DNA of 42,152 bases from NCBI GenBank assembly GCA_038064355.1, contig JBBTTG010000027.1, positions 21,746 through 63,897 of the forward strand. Reading direction: 5' to 3'. How positions within the stretch are numbered: the stretch's first letter is position 1; the number at the start of each line of letters is the position of its first letter. The DNA is from Patescibacteria group bacterium (GTDB lineage Bacteria; Patescibacteriota; Patescibacteriia; GWA2-47-26). Of the stretch, positions 26,810-35,526 are shown in pieces. The translations under genes were made by a program, and so were the position numbers. The notes beneath the pieces are model-generated. The model saw only the letters and a program-made list of their open reading frames with translations. It searched no databases and had not been told where the DNA came from.

Positions 26810-27616
26810 ATGATTTTTAAAAGGAGGAAAGAAAAAAAATACGAAAATCCGTTTCGCGTTGAACCGCGCCGTTTTTCGAGGCATCTTTGGCTGGTGCCTT
26901 TTCTGGCACTTTTTGGTGTTGGTATTTCTCTTTTTCTTTTTTCAAATTTTTGGCAAATCCAGACGGTGGTCATCGGTGGGAACTATGCGTTTGAGGTCGA
27001 GCGCGTGAAGTCGATTCTTCAGTCGCATTTGGGCAATCGGAAGGCGGGGATCCTCCCCGGTAATCATTTTTTTCTCACTCGGAGGGGCGCTCTCGAGGGA
27101 TTCCTGCAGGATGAGTTCCCCTTGGCGCAGGTGCGCGTTGTAAAAGATTGGAATTCGCGGACGCTCCGCGTCTATGGCATTGAGCGGCCGCTTTTCGGCT
27201 ACTATATTTCCAGGGGACTCGCTTTTCATATCGATCGAGACGGCCGCGTTTTGAGCGCGGCGTTCCCCAGCCCCGATGAGCTGGCGCGATTCGTAAGGTT
27301 CTATGGCCTGGACGGGAATATTCCCGAGCGGCAGACTCTCGCGCTCGCACCCGAGGCGCTGAATTTTTTCAAATCCGTGCAAGGGGCGAAAGCGAAAAAA
27401 ATCACGGGAAAGTTTTGGGCGTTCTCGCAAAAAGGGGAGAGCGTCGAGGTGGAAACCGGGAATGGGTATAAGGTGGTCTTTAATTACCGCGAAGCGGCAG
27501 ATATCCAGTTGGCAAAACTGGATCAGGTTTTGAAAGGCGTCATTAAAGAAGATATCTCGAAGCTCGATTATATTGATTTGCGATTCGGAGAGCGCGTGTA
27601 CTATAAATGGAAATAA
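26810..27616 (+). CDS. FtsQ/DivIB-like cell-division protein (POTRA domain)
   Basis: It has a basic N-terminus and a single TM helix (LWLVPFLALFGVGISLFLF). A POTRA-like start follows (IQTVVIGGNYAFEVERVKSIL). It lies 9 nt after atpC. Confidence 0.6.
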   Translation: MIFKRRKEKKYENPFRVEPRRFSRHLWLVPFLALFGVGISLFLFSNFWQIQTVVIGGNYAFEVERVKSILQSHLGNRKAGILPGNHFFLTRRGALEGFLQDEFPLAQVRVVKDWNSRTLRVYGIERPLFGYYISRGLAFHIDRDGRVLSAAFPSPDELARFVRFYGLDGNIPERQTLALAPEALNFFKSVQGAKAKKITGKFWAFSQKGESVEVETGNGYKVVFNYREAADIQLAKLDQVLKGVIKEDISKLDYIDLRFGERVYYKWK

Positions 27617-27801
27617 GTTTTGGTCGTCCTTGACCGGGGAAAGAGGATGCCAAGAATAGGCGATTGCGTAGAAAAGGCCACTCAGTTCCCTTATAGTAGG
27701 GTCGCACAATGTATCTTATGCGACACATACACTGTCTGGAAACCTGAAAACAAAATACTGAATCTATACGACATGCCGCACCCGCCCCGTAGCCCCAGAT
27801 A

Positions 27802-27830
27802 TTGACAACGTTGACCGTTTATGGTACGGT
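27802..27830 (+). promoter_or_regulatory. Sigma70-like promoter of the orphan small gene
   Basis: TTGACA (27802-27807), a 17-nt spacer, then TACGGT (27825-27830). The hexamers match those of the promoter at 293-321. Confidence 0.45.
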
Positions 27831-27878
27831 GCATTTTGACCCTGCGTTCAAACGAACATTCCACAAAGGAGGTTTATC

Positions 27879-28175
27879 ATGCAACGGACGGAACGCTACA
27901 AGATGCAAACGGTAGCAACTCTCCATGTCGGGATGCTGGATTACGAGGTGAATGTCTTTGGACTGACAGTGGAGATTCCAACCCAAGCCATGGAGCCCCC
28001 AAAGATCATCACTTTGAAAGATTTGGGCTCCGATGAAAAGTTCCTTGCAAGAATCACGCGTCACGTGCAGAGCATCAGCACGGGCGCCAGGGTGGTCGCG
28101 GTTTTGATGATGGAGATTACGCGACTGGAACCAAAAACGATCCGCGTCACACTGGATATCATCGTCGAGGAGTGA
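27879..28175 (+). CDS. Hypothetical small protein (98 aa), no recognisable family
   Basis: A strong RBS AAGGAGG (27866-27872) lies 6 nt before the ATG. The gene has its own promoter and terminator. No signal peptide or TM segment is present. The sequence begins MQRTERYKMQTVATLHVGMLDYEVNVFGLTVEIP... Confidence 0.6.
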   Translation: MQRTERYKMQTVATLHVGMLDYEVNVFGLTVEIPTQAMEPPKIITLKDLGSDEKFLARITRHVQSISTGARVVAVLMMEITRLEPKTIRVTLDIIVEE

Positions 28176-28210
28176 TACCCGCATCGTCGCATGGACCAAA
28201 AGACCAAAAC

Positions 28211-28241
28211 GCCGCACCATCTCATGGGAGCGGCTTTTTTA
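28211..28241. terminator. Bidirectional rho-independent terminator between convergent genes
   Basis: The stem is gccgc(a)cc / gg(a)gcggc. It is flanked by aaaac on the left and tttttt (28235-28240) on the right. It lies between the stop of the small gene (28173-28175) and the stop of the minus-strand M23 gene (28262). Confidence 0.6.
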
Positions 28242-28261
28242 TTACTTCACACATGATTCCG

Positions 28262-29512
28262 TTAAGGCAAATATCCAAGTGGATCCATCGGTACGCCGTT
28301 TTTGCGCACCTCAAAGTGCAGGTGCGGACCGGTTGTCCATTTGCCGGCTCCCGGGGTGCCTGGCTTACCTCCCACGGCTCCGATGATCTGTCCTGCCGCG
28401 ACATAGGTATCCTGGGTTACCTGGATGGATGATAGGTGCATGTAGACAGTAGAGACATTGTCGCCATGCAGAACCATGACATAGCTCGGCGTATTCCCCA
28501 TGCCGCCATTGTAGACCTTGGCTACATATCCCCCGCCCGCGGCTCCTATGGGTGTACCTTGGGCGGACCTGATATCAATGCCGGTGTGCTCAAAGATATA
28601 TCGAAATGGGTATCCGGAGTCATGAAAATAGGCTGAAATACCTTTTGAGGGGTTGATGGGCCAGGTAATCTTTCCGCTGATGGCCTTATCGTCGAGTTTG
28701 AGCCGCTGGCGGAGTTCTTTTTCAATTGTAACAATGGTCGAATCAAGCGCGGCTTCTTCCCCTCGGAGTTGTTTGAGGATAGTTTGAAATTCACTCTCGC
28801 TTGCTTTGGTTTCCCCCAAAATCCGATCTTTAAGGCTCTTCTCTTCTTCAAGTGAAAGCCTGGTCTCATCCAGGGATTTTTTTGCCTCGAGCGCCTCGGC
28901 GCGCTTCGTAGACAGGAGTCCTTGATTATCCTCAAACGATTTTCTGATTTGTTTGATCATTACGAGTTGCGAAGAAACGTTCATGTTGAGAATCTCGATG
29001 CGATGAAGTGCGTCAAAAATTTCGGAAAGTGAACCCTGCGCGACAATGATTCCGAGGTATCCGCGCCGCTCATATTGATTGACCTGGCGCAGGAGCTCGG
29101 CGATGCGTATTCTATTCTCGGCCACACGGGAGTCTTCCTCGGAAATCTTCGCTATAATCAGCTCAAGCTCAAGTTCTATCCGGTCAATCTCAAGACCTTT
29201 TGTTTCGATGTCAATTTCTGTCTCGCTTATTCCAGCATCCAAGATGCCGATTTGGTTTGCAAGCGTTGCCACCTTGCGTTGGGTGGTCGTAATCTGCTTG
29301 CGATAGAGTTCAGCTTTTTTTTGAAGATCTTCGATTTTATCGCGATTTTTTTTGAGCTTTTCATTCAAATCCATGACCGTGTCTCCACCGGTCTCTTGGG
29401 CGGAAAGAGGAAGAGACAAAAAGAAAGCGAAAATGAACGCCGCGGCGGCGAGTCCTCCAGAGAGGGCGACTTTTTTGAGGAATTTATTGTGATTGTATTT
29501 TGGAAACCGCAT
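28262..29512 (-). CDS. M23-family peptidoglycan metalloendopeptidase with an N-terminal coiled coil (EnvC-like architecture)
   Basis: It has a signal/TM segment and a long coiled coil. The M23 motifs are HTGIDIRSAQGTPIGAAGGGYV and GPHLHFEVRKNGVPMDP. Its start overlaps the gltX 3' end by 29 nt. Confidence 0.85.
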   Translation of the reverse strand: MRFPKYNHNKFLKKVALSGGLAAAAFIFAFFLSLPLSAQETGGDTVMDLNEKLKKNRDKIEDLQKKAELYRKQITTTQRKVATLANQIGILDAGISETEIDIETKGLEIDRIELELELIIAKISEEDSRVAENRIRIAELLRQVNQYERRGYLGIIVAQGSLSEIFDALHRIEILNMNVSSQLVMIKQIRKSFEDNQGLLSTKRAEALEAKKSLDETRLSLEEEKSLKDRILGETKASESEFQTILKQLRGEEAALDSTIVTIEKELRQRLKLDDKAISGKITWPINPSKGISAYFHDSGYPFRYIFEHTGIDIRSAQGTPIGAAGGGYVAKVYNGGMGNTPSYVMVLHGDNVSTVYMHLSSIQVTQDTYVAAGQIIGAVGGKPGTPGAGKWTTGPHLHFEVRKNGVPMDPLGYLP

Positions 29513-31049
29513 ACCGTATGCGTTTCAGCGTTTTTTCTTTTCCAAGGATCGCGGCGATGTCAAATGGTGACGGAGAAGCCTCTCTCCCGGAGAGGGCAAC
29601 TCGCAAAGGCCAAAGAATCTCCCCTGTTTTCATTCCATTTTCGTCGATGGCACGCTTGAGCGTCTCCTCAATCAAGAGGGCGTTCCATGATGCGTCTGGC
29701 TGTTGCTCAAGAAGCGTGGCTACATACATGAGAGCGCGTGCGGCTTCTTCGCTCGTCATTTTTTTCCAGCAAAGAATCATAGAGTCGTATTGCGGAGTGT
29801 CAACGAAGAAAAATTCCGTAAGGCTCGCTATTTCATCGGCATGCTTCATGCGCTCTTTTTCGAGGGTAATCACTTTGGAAATCCACGAAGGGGTTACTCT
29901 CTCCCCTGTTGCCGCTATGGTATATGTATGCTCGCGTTTGGCAATCAATCCGGCACTCGCGAGAAACGGCAGGCAAATTTCAAAAAGTTCGCTCGAGTTT
30001 TTCTCCCGAAGGTAACGGCCATTGAGCCAATCAAGCTTTTCAAAATTGACCACGGAGGGAGACGCGTTTACCGCCTCAAGGCGAAAGACTTTTGCCATGT
30101 GCTCCAGGGTGTAAATTTCCTGATCGGCACTCGGGTTCCAGCCCAAGAGCGCCACAAAATTCACGAGCGCCTCGGGTAAGTATCCTTTCTTTCGATAATC
30201 CTCAACGGCAACATCGCCCTGCCGCTTGGAGAGTTTTGAACGATTTGGATTGAGCAGGAGCGGCAGGTGCGCGAAGATCGGCGGCGTCCATCCAAATGCC
30301 CGGTAGAGAAGAATGTGCTTTGGCGTCGAGGGAAGCCATTCCTCTCCTCGAATGACATGGCTGATGCGCATGAGATGATCGTCCACCACGTGGGCCAAAT
30401 GATAGGTCGGAAATCCATCTGATTTGAGAAGCACTTGATCATCTATGAGAGCGTTTTCAAAATCCACGTGGTTGCGGATGATGTCATTGAATGATGTTTT
30501 TCCTTCACTTGGGACATTCAACCGAATAACAAAATGCGCCCCACTGTGGAGTTTTTCTTTGCGTTCATCCGGCGTGAGATTTTTGCAAAAACCGTCATAC
30601 ATGAGCAACCCCTTTTGCGCGGTTTGTTCCGCTCGAATGCCCTCGAGCCGTTTGGACGTGCAGAAGCAGTAATACGCGCTCCCCTGTTCCACCAATTGCA
30701 AGGCATGCGTTCTATAGAGATCAAGACGCTGGGATTGAATATATGGGCCGCTTTTTCCCTTCTCAATCAGCTTGTCTTTTACACCCTCAAGCTGTGGTCC
30801 TTCATCCCACTCGAGGCCAACCCATTGAAGAGTTTTGAGGATATGTTCCAATGCGCCTTCGACACTTCGAGCTTGGTCCGTATCGTCGATGCGCAGGATA
30901 AAGGTGCCACCCTCCTTTTTGGCAAACAGATAATTATAGAGTGCGGTGCGTAGACCACCAATGTGCAAAAATCCCGTTGGAGACGGGGCAAAGCGGACTC
31001 GAACGGCTGTTAATGAGGCGGTCTGTTTTTTGGGCATAACCAGGCACAT
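29484..31049 (-). CDS. gltX: Glutamate--tRNA ligase
   Basis: The class I HIGH motif lies in VRVRFAPSPTGFLHIGGLRTALYNYLFA and the KMSKS-type motif is KLSKRQGD. The overall length of 521 aa fits. An alternative start is ATG 31037 (MPKKQ...). Confidence 0.95.
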   Translation of the reverse strand: MCLVMPKKQTASLTAVRVRFAPSPTGFLHIGGLRTALYNYLFAKKEGGTFILRIDDTDQARSVEGALEHILKTLQWVGLEWDEGPQLEGVKDKLIEKGKSGPYIQSQRLDLYRTHALQLVEQGSAYYCFCTSKRLEGIRAEQTAQKGLLMYDGFCKNLTPDERKEKLHSGAHFVIRLNVPSEGKTSFNDIIRNHVDFENALIDDQVLLKSDGFPTYHLAHVVDDHLMRISHVIRGEEWLPSTPKHILLYRAFGWTPPIFAHLPLLLNPNRSKLSKRQGDVAVEDYRKKGYLPEALVNFVALLGWNPSADQEIYTLEHMAKVFRLEAVNASPSVVNFEKLDWLNGRYLREKNSSELFEICLPFLASAGLIAKREHTYTIAATGERVTPSWISKVITLEKERMKHADEIASLTEFFFVDTPQYDSMILCWKKMTSEEAARALMYVATLLEQQPDASWNALLIEETLKRAIDENGMKTGEILWPLRVALSGREASPSPFDIAAILGKEKTLKRIRYAVSKIQSQ

Positions 31050-31053
31050 TCTA

Positions 31054-31848
31054 TCATGATTTATGTCGCTTTGACGAGAGGGCTTCGCGGATGGTCAGGA
31101 GAGGGAATTGAATCACTGCTTTGAAGATACGCCGCGCCCTCCATGGTTCACAGAAAAGCCTCCAGAGCCATTCGAGTCCCATGGCGCGCAAGAAGCGCGG
31201 GGCTCGCCGCGCGGTTCCGGCCAAAAAATCAAACGCCCCGCCGACGCCCATGGCGATTTTGACCGATGACATATCTCGCAGATGCGCTGCTATCCATTTT
31301 TCCTGCTTCCCGTGCCCCATGGCGACAAAGAGTATATGGGGGTTGGTGTTTTGTATTTTGGAGATAGCTGTGTGTATATCGCAGTCGCTCGCTGGAAGGT
31401 GCGGCCCGTTGTCGGTGCCCGCAATGACGAGTTTTGGATATTTTTTTTGCAGGGCCTCCCCTGCCCTCTGCGCTACACCAGGAGACGCGCCGAAAAGATA
31501 CACGGAAGCTGATTCCCTTTCAGCAAGACCACAGATGTCCATGAGGAAGTCACTTCCGGCGATGCGCTCCCGAATCGGCTGGCCAAGGATCCGCCCCGCG
31601 AGCATGAGTCCAAACCCGTCCGGAATGGCAAGGTCCGCGCTGTTCAGTATTGAACGAAAGGCGTCGTCTCGTTGCGCATCGATGATGATTTCCGGATTGG
31701 GTGTGGTGAAGAGGTGTTGCTCGCCGTCATTGAGAAAAGCCATGCAGCGAGCAAGGGCTTCATTACGCGTAATGTTGTCGATACGAACACCAAGTATGTG
31801 CATGCGGACGGACGCGTCAGAGGCCGAGTTTGAAGATATGATTGGCAT
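31054..31848 (-). CDS. WecG/TagA/CpsF-family glycosyltransferase
   Basis: ILGVRIDNITRNEALARCMAFL...FTTPNPEIIIDAQRD...ADLAIPDGFGLMLAGRILG...RIAGSDF...GHGKQEKWI matches the TagA/WecG family pattern. An alternative start at ATG 31803 (MHILGV...) would remove the 32-nt overlap with the upstream gene. Confidence 0.85.
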   Translation of the reverse strand: MPIISSNSASDASVRMHILGVRIDNITRNEALARCMAFLNDGEQHLFTTPNPEIIIDAQRDDAFRSILNSADLAIPDGFGLMLAGRILGQPIRERIAGSDFLMDICGLAERESASVYLFGASPGVAQRAGEALQKKYPKLVIAGTDNGPHLPASDCDIHTAISKIQNTNPHILFVAMGHGKQEKWIAAHLRDMSSVKIAMGVGGAFDFLAGTARRAPRFLRAMGLEWLWRLFCEPWRARRIFKAVIQFPLLTIREALSSKRHKS

Positions 31849-32632
31849 TGTCGAAGAAGATTTTCTGATGGAAGCGGCGCGGAACGAGCGCCTTGATAAG
31901 CGCGATGTATTCGCCCATATTCACCAGCGGCCAATCGCTTCCGTAGAGAAATTTATCCGGACGGCCAGTGTACTGGAGTGCGAAGGTGATATCCTCCCTT
32001 ATTCTTTTTTTGTCATTCACGCCCACGTGCAACATACAGAAAGCGGAAAAATCGGCATAGACGTTTTCATTTTTATACACGAGCTCGGCGGCATCGCGCA
32101 CCCATGGATTGCCCAGGTGAGCCAGGACAAAAGTGGTGCCTGGAAATTTAACCGCGATTTCGTCCACGTCAAGCGGGTGGGAAAATTTTACAAGGTACTT
32201 ACTCCCAAAGGTGTCTCCCGTATGAATGATCACTGGCACTCCAAAACGGCCGGCCAGTTCATAGAATGGGTGATAACATGGATCACTCGGATACACGGGA
32301 TGATACCCCGGGAAGATTTTGAACCCGAAAATTTTTCGCTCCTTCAGGAGTATCTCGGTTTTTTTGATATCGTTAGCACCCGTGTGCTTGGGATGAATCG
32401 CGGGTACGGGGAAAAAACGCGTATCTCGTTCGCGCAAGTCCAGTAAAATATCGCTCTCGCCCGGTGTGGGGCTTTCGGTGTCAGTGGTGATGGCCATGGC
32501 GCCGGCAATACGGTTCTTTTCCATTTCCCCCAGCAGAACATTCCACGACCATGGTATCCCCTCTTTTTCCGTGAACTCTTTGGCTTCCGGATTGGAAAAA
32601 TTCACATGGATGTGAGCATCAATAATTTTCAT
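31817..32632 (-). CDS. Metal-dependent amidohydrolase-fold protein (Amidohydro_2-like TIM barrel)
   Basis: Motifs are MKIIDAHIHVNF (HxH), FKIFPGYH, VPVIIHTGD, LAHLGNPW and LYGSDWPL. The start is set at ATG 32632. The track ORF extends to 32935, but that extension runs through the clpB promoter/CIRCE region and looks non-protein-like. Confidence 0.75.
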   Translation of the reverse strand: MKIIDAHIHVNFSNPEAKEFTEKEGIPWSWNVLLGEMEKNRIAGAMAITTDTESPTPGESDILLDLRERDTRFFPVPAIHPKHTGANDIKKTEILLKERKIFGFKIFPGYHPVYPSDPCYHPFYELAGRFGVPVIIHTGDTFGSKYLVKFSHPLDVDEIAVKFPGTTFVLAHLGNPWVRDAAELVYKNENVYADFSAFCMLHVGVNDKKRIREDITFALQYTGRPDKFLYGSDWPLVNMGEYIALIKALVPRRFHQKIFFDNANHIFKLGL

Positions 32633-32640
32633 ATAAGTAC

Positions 32641-32649
32641 ACTTTAGCA
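32641..32649 (-). promoter_or_regulatory. Extended -10 element (TGcTAAAGT) for the minus-strand operon, near-leaderless
   Basis: The reverse complement of actttagca is TGCTAAAGT. Only 8 nt separate the hexamer from ATG 32632 and there is no SD. Confidence 0.3.
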
Positions 32650-32677
32650 TAGAATATGGCTTCTTGTCGAAAGGATA

Positions 32678-32706
32678 TTGACGGAAAGCGCAAAGCTTAT
32701 TACACT
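32678..32706 (+). promoter_or_regulatory. Sigma70-like promoter of clpB
   Basis: TTGACG (32678-32683), a 17-nt spacer, then TACACT (32701-32706). The CIRCE operator begins 6 nt downstream. Confidence 0.55.
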
Positions 32707-32711
32707 TGGGA

Positions 32712-32738
32712 TTAGCACTCTCGGAGTGTGAGTGCCAA
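32712..32738 (+). promoter_or_regulatory. CIRCE (HrcA operator) inverted repeat
   Basis: TTAGCACTC-tcggagtgt-GAGTGCCAA compares with the consensus TTAGCACTC-N9-GAGTGCTAA. The spacing is exact and there is one mismatch. It sits between the -10 hexamer and the clpB start. Confidence 0.75.
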
Positions 32739-32777
32739 TTGAAACATTTTCTTAATTTTGGCATACTTACCTTATAT

Positions 32778-35408
32778 ATGAATCCTTTCAATAACTTTAC
32801 CACCAAGTCCCAGGAAGCCTTGCAACACGCCCAGAAACGCGTGCTCGATTCCGGGCATTCGCATCTTGATCCCCTACACATCCTTGTGGCGCTTTTAGGG
32901 CAGGAAAACGGGGTGGTCCCGGCCATCCTGCGCAAGATGGGCGTCGAATCCGCGACCGTGGAGGGTGAGGCGGCACTCCTCTTGGCGAAACTTCCAAAAA
33001 TGGCTCAAGGCGGCAATCTTGGGCAACTCTATTTAAGCCAGGAGACGATTAAGATTTTACACCAGGCGGAAAAAGAAGCCGAAAAACTTCACGATGAATA
33101 CATCAGTACCGAGCACCTTTTTTTGGCACTCATCAGCGTGCGCTCCAAAGCCGGAGAGCTTCTCTTGAAATATGGCATCGCCTATGAGAATACCATGCAG
33201 GTGCTGGTATCCGTGCGCGGGGCGCAGCGTGTCACCGACCAGGAGCCCGAGAGTAAATACCAGGCGCTCGAAAAGTACAGCCGAAATCTCACTCGACTCG
33301 CGCGGCAAGGGAAGCTTGATCCCGTGATAGGCCGCAACGAAGAAATCCGTCGTGTGATGCAGGTCTTGTGCCGTCGGACAAAAAACAATCCAGTGCTCAT
33401 CGGCGAGGCGGGCACGGGAAAAACCGCCATTGCCGAGGGGCTTGCCCAGCGTATTGTCGCGGGCGATGTGCCGGAGAATTTAAAAGATAAAGATGTTATT
33501 TCATTGGATCTTGGTTCCATGGTCGCGGGAACGAAATTCCGCGGCGAATTCGAGGATCGGCTCAAGGCCTTGCTCCGCGAGATTGAACAGGCCGCCGGCC
33601 GTATCATCCTCTTTATTGATGAGCTTCACACGCTTGTGGGAGCCGGTGCCGCGGAAGGCGCGATTGATGCCGCGAATCTCTTGAAGCCGGCGCTCGCGCG
33701 CGGCGAGCTTCACGCTATCGGAGCCACGACTCTTAAGGAATATCAGAAGCATATCGAGAAGGACCCCGCGCTTGCTCGGCGGTTTCAGCCAGTGTATGTT
33801 TCCGAACCCACTCTCGAAGAGACGATTTCCATCCTTCGCGGTATTAAAGAAAAATATGAGGTGCACCACGGCGTGCGTATCACCGACGCGGCTATCGTGG
33901 CCGCCGCGGAGCTTTCAACCCGCTATATCAGCGATCGTTTTCTTCCGGACAAAGCCGTGGATCTCGTGGACGAAGCGGCCTCCGCCATGCGACTTGAAAT
34001 TGACAGTGAGCCCGAGGATCTTGATAAATTAAAGCGCAAGATGATGCAGATTGAGATTGAGCGCCGAGCACTCGCACGTGAGAAAGACGATCCCGAAACC
34101 AAAGAGAAGCTCAAGCAACTTGGCCAGGATATGGCGGAACTCAAAGAGCAGGCCTCGGGCATTGAGGTGCAATGGAAGGCGGAGAAAGAAGTGATCAGCG
34201 TGATTCGTACCCTCAAACAACAGATTGAAAAAGCAAAAGCCGATGCCGAGATTGCCGAGCGCAAGGGCGAGCTCCAGAAGGTCGCGGAAATTCGGTATGG
34301 AACGATTCCCGATGCCGAAAAGAAACTCAAGCAGGAGGAAAAGAGGCTGACACAGCTTCAAAAAAAGACACGCATCTTAAAAGAAGAAGTGACCGAGGAA
34401 GAAATCGCCTACGCGATCGCTCGCTGGACGGGAATTCCGGTGACGCGCATTCTTGAAAGCGAGGCGGTGAAGCTCACTCGCATGGAAGACGAGCTTCGGC
34501 GCCGCGTTGTCGGCCAAGATGAGGCGGTGCAGTCCATCTCGCATGCCGTGCGGCGTTCGCGCGCTGGGCTCTCTGAAGAGTCTCGTCCCATCGGGTCGTT
34601 TATCTTTTTGGGTCCAACGGGCGTTGGAAAAACGGAACTCGCCCGTGCGCTCGCGGAGTTTATGTTCAATGACGAGACGGCGCTTGTCCGGCTCGATATG
34701 TCAGAGTATGGCGAACGTCATGCCGTGGCTCGCATGGTGGGCTCCCCTCCTGGCTATGTCGGCTATGAAGAGGGCGGACAACTTACCGAAATGGTTCGCC
34801 GCCGGCCGTACTGCGTGATCCTTTTTGATGAAATCGAAAAGGCGCATCCGGAGATATTCAACGTTCTGCTTCAGATTCTCGACGATGGCCGATTGACCGA
34901 CGGGAAGGGGCGGACAGTGAATTTCAAAAATACGATCATCATCATGACTTCAAACCTCGGCAGCGAGCTTATCCTCGATCTTGCCAGCCGAGGCACCCTT
35001 GGTTTTGAAGATCAACAGGAAGAAGGGATTACCGATGCCAAGATGCGCGAAAAGGTTTTGGGTCGACTCCATGAAAGATTCAAGCCGGAATTCCTCAACC
35101 GCATCGATGAGGTGATTGTTTTCCACACGCTCCAGCCGAGCCAGATCAGCCGGATTGTGGATATTCAACTCGCGCATATGGCAACGCGTTTGGAGAGGCG
35201 GCATATCAAGATTGATGTAACCGAGAAATGCAAAAAAACGCTTGCCGAGAAGGGCTATAGTCCGGTCCTCGGCGCAAGGCCGCTGAAGCGTATTATCCAA
35301 GAATTGATCCTCAATCCCCTTTCGCTCAAAATGATTGAGGGCGAATATAAAGAGGGCGGAAAAATCAAGATTGACGTCGACACGAAAGGGAAAGTGGTTT
35401 TTAAGTAG
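32778..35408 (+). CDS. clpB: ATP-dependent disaggregase ClpB
   Basis: The Clp_N start is [22 protein letters not shown]1 has Walker [17 protein letters not shown] long middle coiled coil is present. NBD2 has Walker [16 protein letters not shown]. The sensor and C-terminal domain follow. The track start at 32706 lies inside the promoter/CIRCE region. Confidence 0.95.
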   Translation: MNPFNNFTTKSQEALQHAQKRVLDSGHSHLDPLHILVALLGQENGVVPAILRKMGVESATVEGEAALLLAKLPKMAQGGNLGQLYLSQETIKILHQAEKEAEKLHDEYISTEHLFLALISVRSKAGELLLKYGIAYENTMQVLVSVRGAQRVTDQEPESKYQALEKYSRNLTRLARQGKLDPVIGRNEEIRRVMQVLCRRTKNNPVLIGEAGTGKTAIAEGLAQRIVAGDVPENLKDKDVISLDLGSMVAGTKFRGEFEDRLKALLREIEQAAGRIILFIDELHTLVGAGAAEGAIDAANLLKPALARGELHAIGATTLKEYQKHIEKDPALARRFQPVYVSEPTLEETISILRGIKEKYEVHHGVRITDAAIVAAAELSTRYISDRFLPDKAVDLVDEAASAMRLEIDSEPEDLDKLKRKMMQIEIERRALAREKDDPETKEKLKQLGQDMAELKEQASGIEVQWKAEKEVISVIRTLKQQIEKAKADAEIAERKGELQKVAEIRYGTIPDAEKKLKQEEKRLTQLQKKTRILKEEVTEEEIAYAIARWTGIPVTRILESEAVKLTRMEDELRRRVVGQDEAVQSISHAVRRSRAGLSEESRPIGSFIFLGPTGVGKTELARALAEFMFNDETALVRLDMSEYGERHAVARMVGSPPGYVGYEEGGQLTEMVRRRPYCVILFDEIEKAHPEIFNVLLQILDDGRLTDGKGRTVNFKNTIIIMTSNLGSELILDLASRGTLGFEDQQEEGITDAKMREKVLGRLHERFKPEFLNRIDEVIVFHTLQPSQISRIVDIQLAHMATRLERRHIKIDVTEKCKKTLAEKGYSPVLGARPLKRIIQELILNPLSLKMIEGEYKEGGKIKIDVDTKGKVVFK

Positions 35409-35488
35409 GAGCGGTTCGACAGGCTCACCATATATTCCCTGAGTGAAGTCTCGAGCGCTTTCGGGACGGAGTCGAAGTGGTGCCTGCC

Positions 35489-35517
35489 TTGATGGGTGGC
35501 GTTGAATGAGCTATACT
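35489..35517 (+). promoter_or_regulatory. Sigma70-like promoter giving a leaderless transcript
   Basis: TTGATG (35489-35494), a 17-nt spacer, then TATACT (35512-35517). Only 9 nt then precede ATG 35527. The track start ATG 35506 lies inside the spacer. Confidence 0.5.
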
Positions 35518-35526
35518 GGAAGCCAT

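Noticed and set aside
27617-27801. Possible small RNA or riboswitch in the 185-bp spacer after the ftsQ-like gene (hairpin gtcgca...tgcgac at 27701-27724).
   Set aside because: There is only a 6-bp stem with a 12-nt loop, no U-tract, no promoter and no resemblance to riboswitch cores I know. The evidence is insufficient to call a feature.
31121-32446. A 441-aa ORF on the plus strand, the longest unannotated ORF in the track.
   Set aside because: It lies entirely antisense to the TagA-like and amidohydrolase genes, both of which have clear family motifs. Its translation is Arg/Ser/Ala-rich and low in complexity, with no motifs, no RBS and no promoter. It is a typical shadow ORF of a GC-rich coding strand.
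35409-35432. tRNA-like 3' end (gagcggttcgacaggctcacca, with a GGTTCGA T-loop-like motif and CCA) just after clpB.
   Set aside because: No complementary T-stem or acceptor stem can be drawn, and no D- or anticodon arms lie upstream because clpB coding sequence is there. It is more likely a fragment of another GC-rich REP-type repeat.
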